A DNA stretch of 34,189 nt, taken from Methylococcaceae bacterium UBA1147. GTDB taxonomy: Bacteria > Pseudomonadota > Gammaproteobacteria > Methylococcales > UBA1147. Where the stretch lies: positions 23,147 through 57,335 of the forward strand of contig DBZZ01000068.1 in assembly GCA_002311315.1 (NCBI GenBank). Direction: 5' to 3'. This document shows, in pieces, positions 30,325 to 34,189 of the stretch (positions within the stretch are counted from its first letter, which is position 1; each line of letters begins with the position of its first letter). Below the pieces are notes generated by a model, which saw only the letters and a list, made by a program, of their open reading frames with translations, made no database searches and was not told the origin of the DNA. Both the position numbers and the translations under genes were made by a program.

Positions 30325-30744
30325 TCAGAATAAATAAGGTATGAAGCGCTTTGTCTGAGTTTCGTAACTGGCATATTCTTCACCGAACTTACTCGAAAGT
30401 ATTTGTTCTTCACTATCAACCCTTTGCATAATAAACTGCATGGATAGATATAACAGGGCTATGGTCGTACCAAGGCTGCCGGTTAAAATATGAAACAAGC
30501 CAGCGCAGAACAAAAATCCGCCAGTGTACATGGGGTGCCTAATTACTGAATACAATCCCCTGGTGTGTAACTTTTCAGGTTCTGTAATTCGCCAGGCTTT
30601 GGACTTTATCCTTTTCAACAGGGCTGGGATGGCCGTTTCATGTGGCTGCAGTGACGAGCCGTCATCTGTATTATGCAGTTGAAATACTGCGATCGCTCTG
30701 ATCGTTGGCCCTAGAATAATCAAGGCTATGGCAATGTAATTCAT
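30325..30744 (-). CDS. Isoprenylcysteine carboxyl methyltransferase (ICMT/PEMT-like) family membrane methyltransferase
   Basis: 139 aa and hydrophobic. It has the RGLYSVIRHPMYTGGFLF motif and a C-terminal EEQILSSKFGEEYASY segment typical of the family. The surrounding sequence is AT-rich. Confidence 0.7.
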   Translation of the reverse strand: MNYIAIALIILGPTIRAIAVFQLHNTDDGSSLQPHETAIPALLKRIKSKAWRITEPEKLHTRGLYSVIRHPMYTGGFLFCAGLFHILTGSLGTTIALLYLSMQFIMQRVDSEEQILSSKFGEEYASYETQTKRFIPYLF

Positions 30745-30748
30745 TTGT

Positions 30749-31195
30749 TTATTTATTATTTGTTGCGATGATGTTTATTGGCTTGTATGTCCCAGAAATA
30801 TTTCTTTCAAACTTGGCAGAATCGTTGGAATGGCTTTTACACGCAGTGCAGTGTGTAAAAATGAATCTATTCGGCCAGAAGGAAGTTTGAATCGGAAAAA
30901 TAAAGGCCTTTTTTAACAAGGCGGAATGTACTGAACGCCTAAAAACGAGTCTATCACGAGGATGATCCATCCTCAACAAGACAGCAAAGCGAACATTTTT
31001 CAGCTGAATGTCCCCTCTATTGTCCCTTGTTTTCAGTGATTCCTTTAAAATTCCACGGTTACCCTGTAATTCTTCTCGGTGTTTAGGCAGTCGTTTCCAA
31101 AGGTATCCTATATTGATTCGTAGGTTCAGGTATTTCTTGTCCACTGCCACCATCCCGCTTGTGTAGCAAGCAGTCTGGGAAAGGCCATCGAACAT
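30749..31195 (-). CDS. Hypothetical protein (orphan), 4 nt upstream of the ICMT-like gene
   Basis: 148-aa ORF in the AT-rich islet whose stop lies 4 nt before the ICMT-like ATG. The LLRMDHPRDRLVFRRSV stretch faintly recalls the sulfotransferase RDPxDRxxS motif, but no PAPS-loop is seen. Its 5' end overlaps ORF 31126..31395 in another frame. Confidence 0.4.
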   Translation of the reverse strand: MFDGLSQTACYTSGMVAVDKKYLNLRINIGYLWKRLPKHREELQGNRGILKESLKTRDNRGDIQLKNVRFAVLLRMDHPRDRLVFRRSVHSALLKKAFIFPIQTSFWPNRFIFTHCTACKSHSNDSAKFERNISGTYKPINIIATNNK

Positions 31196-31510
31196 TTCCC
31201 ATCGATCAATCTAGTTCCAAGATCCTGTCGTGGCATGGTCTGGTTTGCAAGGCTCAAGACCCTCGGTGTTGGAAACACTCCCCGGGTTTTTTCATGGTTC
31301 GGAGAGTACTTGTTGGTGGTTTCTCTGAGATCGGCGTTCTTTGGTCCACGACTCCCGGTGTAGCCCCGGAAATATATGGGCGCTGATTGTTTCAAACGTT
31401 AGAATGAGCGGGCAGGATCTGATTTGAGCGCGATTCGTTGATCTCCAACTTGTCAGAGAGTGGTTACTCAACAGACGGCCAACCCCGATTTTTTTCAAAA
31501 ATCCAAATTC

Positions 31511-33772
31511 ATGCTGCATCGCTTCTTTGTAACTGCCGGAAAGGGACTCACTGCGCTGCTGCGGGATGAGCTTGTTGGACTTGGCCTAACTGAGGTTGTC
31601 GAAAAATCCGGCGGGGTTTACTTTGACGGCAGCCTGCAACAGGCCTACCGGGCCTGCCTGTGGTCACGGATTGGAAACCGGGTGCTACTGCAACTGGACA
31701 GTTTTCCCTGTACTACGGCGGATGCACTATACCAGGGGATCCGGCAAACGGACTGGGCCAAACACATGGAGTCTAATGGTTCATTTCTTGTTCGCTTTTT
31801 GGGTACGGACCCGGCCATTCGAAACAGCCATTTCGGAGCGCTCAGAGTAAAGGATGCCATCGTGGACCAGTTCCGGGAGTCCAGCGGCGAGCGTCCGAGT
31901 GTTTCCACGGAGAAACCGGACTTGCAGGTTTACGTTCGTCTGTTCAGGAGCAAGGTGGCCCTCTATCTGGACCTTTCCGGTGACAGCCTTCACAAGCGTG
32001 GCTACCGTTCGTGGGGGGGGCATGCCCCGCTGAAGGAAAACCTGGCCGCGGCTATCCTGATCAAAGCCAAATGGCCGTCCATTGGCGCAAAGGGTGGCGG
32101 GTTTATTGATCCGATGTGTGGTTCCGGTACCCTGCCGATCGAGGCGGCGATGATCGCAGGAGATATTGCTCCCGGCCTTCAGCGGCGGTACTTCGGTTTC
32201 CTGGGCTGGAAAGGACACGATACTGAAACCTGGGAATCATTGATCGCCGACGCGATAGCCCGCAAGCAGGCCGGTATGTCGAAAATCCCGGAAATTCGTG
32301 GATATGACACCAGCCAGGGGATTATCAAGTATGCGGTCGAAAATGTTCGTAACGCTGGACTGCAGGACTTCATTCGTATTGAAAAGTGTGGAATCAGCAC
32401 CGCCGCACCGCACGGAAGCCAGAACCAGTTCGGCCTGCTGGCGGTCAATCCGCCCTACGGTGAACGGATGGGTGCTGATCAGGGACTGGAAGCCCTTTAT
32501 TTCGAGTTTGGCCAGGTCCTGAAGTCACGCTTCGAAGGATGGAAGGTAGCGATGTTGGCCGGCAACGCGGAACTCGGATTCAGGATCGGGATCCGTTCCA
32601 GCCGTCCTGCCACGTTCTACAATGGGGCAATCGAATGCAGGCTGCTGCAGTTTGATGTCGTAGCGGATCGCTTTTTTGTACCGAAAAACCAAGATACTGT
32701 GCGCGAGAACAGGGAAATCGGGGGCGATTCCTTTATTGACCGTGCCAGGCACCTTGCGGCTTCCGGAGAATCTGTTGCCGAATCGCTGATCAACCGGCTG
32801 CGCAAGAATCTGCGCAACATTGGTCGGTGGGCCGACCGGCAGGGGATCGCCTGTTACCGACTTTACGATGCCGATATACCAGAGTATTCGCTTGCCATTG
32901 ATCTTTACCGGGGGAAATCCTGCTGGGTGCATGTTCAGGAATACCAGGCGCCCCGTGGAATCGATCCTGCCAAGGCGGAAAGGCGGCTACTGGAAGGCCT
33001 GGCTGTTTTGCCATCAGTGCTCAAGGTCGAATGGAAGGATCTGTTCCTCAAGGTTCGTCGAGTGCAGAAAGGTGTTCAGCAATACGGCCGTAGCGAATTC
33101 CAGGGAGAATTCCATGAAGTTCGCGAAGCAAACTACCGTTTCCGTGTGAATCTCGAAGGTTATCTGGATACCGGTCTTTTCCTCGATCATCGGATCACCC
33201 GTGGTTATATCGGTCAGCATGCCAGGGGCTGCCGGTTTTTGAACCTTTTTGGTTACACCGGAAGTGCGACTGTATACGCAGCGGGGGGCGGCGCGACTGC
33301 CACGACCACCGTGGATCTTTCCAGGACTTACCTTGATTGGACCAGGAGGAATCTGGCACTCAACGAATTCGACTCGCGGCGGCACGAACTGGTACAAGCC
33401 GATGTCGTGGCCTGGCTGGATCAGGTTTCCGGGGAAACCGCAGAGCCCCGATGCTACGATCTGATCTTTGTTGACCCGCCGACCTTTTCCAACTCCAAGC
33501 GTATGGAGGGGACCTTCGATGTGCAGAGGGATCACGTGGGCCTGATTAAAAAGGTCGTTCGGCTTTTGGCTCCGGGTGGAATGCTGATCTTTTCAACCAA
33601 TCACCGGAAATTCAGGTTGGAACAGAATCTCCTGCAGGACTTCAGCGTGGTCGATATCAGTCGCCGGACTCTACCCCGGGATTTCGAAAGAAATCCCAGA
33701 ATTCACAGTGTTTGGGAGATCTGCCATGTTCGATCCAACCCGTGGGAAAAAGAAGGCCGCCGAGACACCTGA
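31511..33772 (+). CDS. rlmL: Bifunctional 23S rRNA methyltransferase RlmK/RlmL (m7G2069 / m2G2445)
   Basis: ATG 31511 gives MLHRFFVTAGKGLTALLRDEL. A THUMP region, the NPPYGERMG motif, and a second methyltransferase domain with FVDPPTFSNSK. Confidence 0.9.
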   Translation: MLHRFFVTAGKGLTALLRDELVGLGLTEVVEKSGGVYFDGSLQQAYRACLWSRIGNRVLLQLDSFPCTTADALYQGIRQTDWAKHMESNGSFLVRFLGTDPAIRNSHFGALRVKDAIVDQFRESSGERPSVSTEKPDLQVYVRLFRSKVALYLDLSGDSLHKRGYRSWGGHAPLKENLAAAILIKAKWPSIGAKGGGFIDPMCGSGTLPIEAAMIAGDIAPGLQRRYFGFLGWKGHDTETWESLIADAIARKQAGMSKIPEIRGYDTSQGIIKYAVENVRNAGLQDFIRIEKCGISTAAPHGSQNQFGLLAVNPPYGERMGADQGLEALYFEFGQVLKSRFEGWKVAMLAGNAELGFRIGIRSSRPATFYNGAIECRLLQFDVVADRFFVPKNQDTVRENREIGGDSFIDRARHLAASGESVAESLINRLRKNLRNIGRWADRQGIACYRLYDADIPEYSLAIDLYRGKSCWVHVQEYQAPRGIDPAKAERRLLEGLAVLPSVLKVEWKDLFLKVRRVQKGVQQYGRSEFQGEFHEVREANYRFRVNLEGYLDTGLFLDHRITRGYIGQHARGCRFLNLFGYTGSATVYAAGGGATATTTVDLSRTYLDWTRRNLALNEFDSRRHELVQADVVAWLDQVSGETAEPRCYDLIFVDPPTFSNSKRMEGTFDVQRDHVGLIKKVVRLLAPGGMLIFSTNHRKFRLEQNLLQDFSVVDISRRTLPRDFERNPRIHSVWEICHVRSNPWEKEGRRDT

Positions 33773-33833
33773 GGGTGTCCGGTCAGTGTCTGTGATCGCA
33801 TCGGGCCGGTCTTGTGGACGCGCGGGGCTTTGA

Positions 33834-34109
33834 ATGAAAAAACGGGTTCACGTTCTAGTTGGCGGCAGAGTGCAGGGCGTCTGTTTCAGGGTTTCTGCAA
33901 GAGAGCAGGCCATCAAGCTCGCGATTCAGGGGCTCGTTAGAAATCTTCCGGATGGACGGGTAGAGATCATCGCACAGGGGGCGCAGGCTTCGGTCGACCG
34001 CTTCGTTGAATGGTGCGAGGAAGGGCCGGAACACGCTCGTGTCGATGACCTGCAGGTCGAGAAGAAAGTTGTCGGCGAAGAATTCCAAGGCTTCTGGATC
34101 GTTGGCTGA
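33834..34109 (+). CDS. acyP: Acylphosphatase
   Basis: 91 aa, with the VGGRVQGVCFR signature (VxGxVQGVxFR) and LVRNLPDGRVE. Confidence 0.88.
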   Translation: MKKRVHVLVGGRVQGVCFRVSAREQAIKLAIQGLVRNLPDGRVEIIAQGAQASVDRFVEWCEEGPEHARVDDLQVEKKVVGEEFQGFWIVG

Positions 34110-34189
34110 CCCGGCAACCTTGGTTGGCCGAAATGGCCATTTGAAGGTGCCAGCATTCCCGGATTTACTGCAAATATTTGGGCGGCTGG

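Overview
All calls come from reading the ORF translations and the DNA by eye; no searches were run. This is a chromosomal, mostly housekeeping segment, probably from a gammaproteobacterium. The local order hemJ-argC-(DUF6776-like)-erpA...tyrS and ypjD<>ffh-rpsP-rimM-trmD-rplS fits that group.

Gene content, left to right:
- 3' part of a heme-copper oxidase operon: subunit I, two tandem subunit-III paralogs and a subunit IV
- a small conserved ORF and an FMN reductase
- a CHAP-domain gene interrupted by an in-frame TAG
- hemJ, purN and argC
- a membrane/coiled-coil gene split by a frameshift
- erpA, a ~570-nt ORF-poor gap, then tyrS
- ypjD-like gene, ffh, rpsP, rimM, trmD, rplS
- xerD tightly followed by lpxA, a Gfo/Idh/MocA oxidoreductase and lpxB
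- fbaB, birA and coaX
- a minus-strand run of moeB, pqqABCDE and ctaA; the 24-codon pqqA is absent from the ORF track
- groES-groEL behind a sigma70-like promoter with a perfect CIRCE operator
- a ~2-kb AT-rich islet holding an IS21-type transposase remnant and a minus-strand pair (ICMT-like membrane methyltransferase plus an orphan ORF)
- rlmL and acyP

I saw no rRNA, tRNA or CRISPR array. I do not recognise a clearly novel multi-gene system. The best candidates for follow-up are the AT-rich islet operon, the lpxA-oxidoreductase-lpxB arrangement, and the two disrupted genes.
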